Shown: positions 62,383 through 64,000 of the stretch, in pieces
Layout: each line of letters begins with the position of its first letter
Numbering within the stretch: the stretch's first letter is position 1
NCBI GenBank assembly: GCA_963664405.1
Contig: OY761158.1
Location: 6,624,001 to 6,688,000, forward strand
Direction: 5' to 3'
Source: Thermoanaerobaculia bacterium
Lineage (GTDB): Bacteria; Acidobacteriota; Thermoanaerobaculia; Multivoradales; Multivoraceae
Length of the DNA stretch: 64,000 nt
The notes under the pieces: generated by a model
Databases searched by the model: none
What the model was told of the DNA's origin: nothing
Seen by the model: the letters and a program-made list of their open reading frames with translations, nothing else
Made by a program: the position numbers and the translations under genes

Positions 62383-62987
62383 GGAGCTCCGTCCCCCGAG
62401 CCCAGAATCTTGCGCACCTCCTCCGTTACAGCTTCGGTCATTCTCTTCTCCAAAGCTTCGACGCCGCCCATTTCGGCGAGCACTCGGCGGGCGACGCGCT
62501 CGACCTCAAGCTCACTGAGAGTCGGGGCCGGGGCCGCTAGGGCTTCGTCGACGGCGGGTGGAGGCGGCGACTCGATGGCCGAGGCTGTTGGTGGAGGAGT
62601 AGGAGAGCTCGGCGACGCGGTCTGAGCGGGGCCAAGAATCTTCGCGACACGATCGAGGAGCTCCTTGTCCGCGAATGGTTTGCGGAGAATGTCGTCCGCT
62701 CCGCACTCGGCGGCTCTGTCCGGATCGCAGTGCTCGAAAGTGCCGACCAGGAGAATGGTCGGAAGGCCCGGATGCCGAGCCTTGGCCTCACGGCACACCG
62801 AAAATCCGTCCGTTCTCGCCATGTGGACGTCGACGATCAGCAGCGAGGGGCGCGTCTTTGCAAGCCAATCGAGGGCGGCTTGCCCATCCCCCAGAAGCTC
62901 GAGCTCCGAGCCTCGGCGGGCAAGTGCCGTGGCTGTCGCCTCTCGAGTTCGAAGGCTATCGTCGGCGACGAGGATCGTCTCGCTCAT
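62379..62987 (-). CDS. Receiver-domain protein with Pro-rich linker (RomR-like)
   Basis: ADDS, D, LLVGTFE, KPF; Pro/Ala linker; charged C-terminal helix. Confidence 0.8.
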   Translation of the reverse strand: MSETILVADDSLRTREATATALARRGSELELLGDGQAALDWLAKTRPSLLIVDVHMARTDGFSVCREAKARHPGLPTILLVGTFEHCDPDRAAECGADDILRKPFADKELLDRVAKILGPAQTASPSSPTPPPTASAIESPPPPAVDEALAAPAPTLSELEVERVARRVLAEMGGVEALEKRMTEAVTEEVRKILGSGDGAP

Positions 62988-63022
62988 TCATTCGCTCCTC
63001 CACGACACCGGCTGGCCGACCG

Positions 63023-63436
63023 TCAAGATCCTGTGGCGAGACGTTCCTGCAGATAGGTGACGATTGTCTGGGTCGAGGTGCCCGGCAGAAAGATCTCGTC
63101 TACACCAGCCTCCTTCAGGCCGGCGGCGTCTCGGTCCGGGATGATGCCGCCGACGAAGACCAGGACATCGTCGGCACCCTCTTCGCGGAGTAGACGAGTG
63201 ATGTCCGGCAGCAGGCTGTTGTGGGCTCCGGAGAGGATGGAGATGCCGACCGCGTCCACGTCCTCTTGGACGGCGGCGGCCACAATCTGCGCCGGCGATT
63301 GGCGAAGCCCGGAGTAGATCACCTCGAATCCGGCATCGCGTAGCGAGCGCGCGACGATCTTAGCCCCGCGGTCATGACCGTCGAGGCCAGGCTTGGCAAT
63401 GAGGACCCGGTGCCGCTCTTGAGTTACATCGTCCAC
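63023..63436 (-). CDS. Cobalamin-binding small subunit of acyl-CoA mutase
   Basis: [12 protein letters not shown] (DxHxxG), S.LSGAH, GGIIP. Confidence 0.95.
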   Translation of the reverse strand: MDDVTQERHRVLIAKPGLDGHDRGAKIVARSLRDAGFEVIYSGLRQSPAQIVAAAVQEDVDAVGISILSGAHNSLLPDITRLLREEGADDVLVFVGGIIPDRDAAGLKEAGVDEIFLPGTSTQTIVTYLQERLATGS

Positions 63437-63508
63437 GGGCAGGAAACTATATCTCACGATTGCAGGAGTGATCGCCAGGTCTGGCGCCCTTTCTACGTCC
63501 TCAATGGC

Positions 63509-64000
63509 GTGAGAATTCAACTTCCCCCGGCCGCGGATGTGGCTCTGGGTCTCTTGCTCGGGGCCTTGGTCGCACCCCGAGTCGGGCCGGTCCCGACTTT
63601 GTTGCTCGTAGTCCTGGCCTTGCTTGGCGCTTGTCTTCGCCGTCGGTGGGGCTGGGCTGTCGTGGCTTTCGCTCTCGGTATTCTCCACGCGCAGGTGTCG
63701 TGGCTGGATAACGCTCGCCGGGACCCCGGCTGGCGGAGCGATCTGCCGGTCACCGGTGTTTTTGCGCCGGGTGCCGATGGTTGGCAGGCTGCGACCTCCG
63801 GTTGGACTGCCAGAGGTCAGTTGCTGCGGCTCGAGCAGGGTGAGAGGAGTGCTGAGCCTCGAGTGCAGATGCGAGTGACTGTCAGCGCGCGAGAGCAGTT
63901 GCCGCCCGCCTCCTCGTATTCGCTGAAGGGGTATCTACAGCGACCGACGATGTACTACAACCCCGACCGCACTGCCGTGGGCTGGTGGCAGTTTCGGGTC
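63509..64000 (+). CDS. Probable ComEC/Rec2 N-terminus (partial, runs off the window)
   Basis: Open frame from GTG 63509 with hydrophobic helices, then [14 protein letters not shown] resembling the DUF4131 G.L..P....NP motif. Confidence 0.55.
   Translation, partial: MRIQLPPAADVALGLLLGALVAPRVGPVPTLLLVVLALLGACLRRRWGWAVVAFALGILHAQVSWLDNARRDPGWRSDLPVTGVFAPGADGWQAATSGWTARGQLLRLEQGERSAEPRVQMRVTVSAREQLPPASSYSLKGYLQRPTMYYNPDRTAVGWWQFRV

Overview
GC-rich bacterial chromosomal window with no rRNA, tRNA, CRISPR array, prophage or transposase visible. Gene content and order suggest Acidobacteriota, possibly Thermoanaerobaculia-like (inference). About 58 genes: a patchwork of metabolic, transport and repair genes (1-44 kb), the conserved rimP-nusA-infB-DUF503-rbfA-DHH-truB-rpsO-pnp block (44.6-54.2 kb, minus strand), then degP, a sigma-54 activator, a split B12 acyl-CoA mutase, coaX, birA and a partial comEC. 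The most striking unexplained signal is two intergenic palindromic elements (6786-6952 and 27164-27343). Both have CTAG at each end and share a 38/41-nt core, yet their long (~50-55 bp) stems are unrelated in sequence. Both stems carry G-U wobbles on the strand that reads the core in the same orientation, suggesting a structure-defined mobile or ncRNA element. Also seen: two good sigma-54 promoters, several apparently leaderless genes, an isobutyryl-CoA-mutase-type F/Q signature, a secreted kinase-like protein and three disrupted reading frames. Family assignments are from motif recognition by eye, not database searches.
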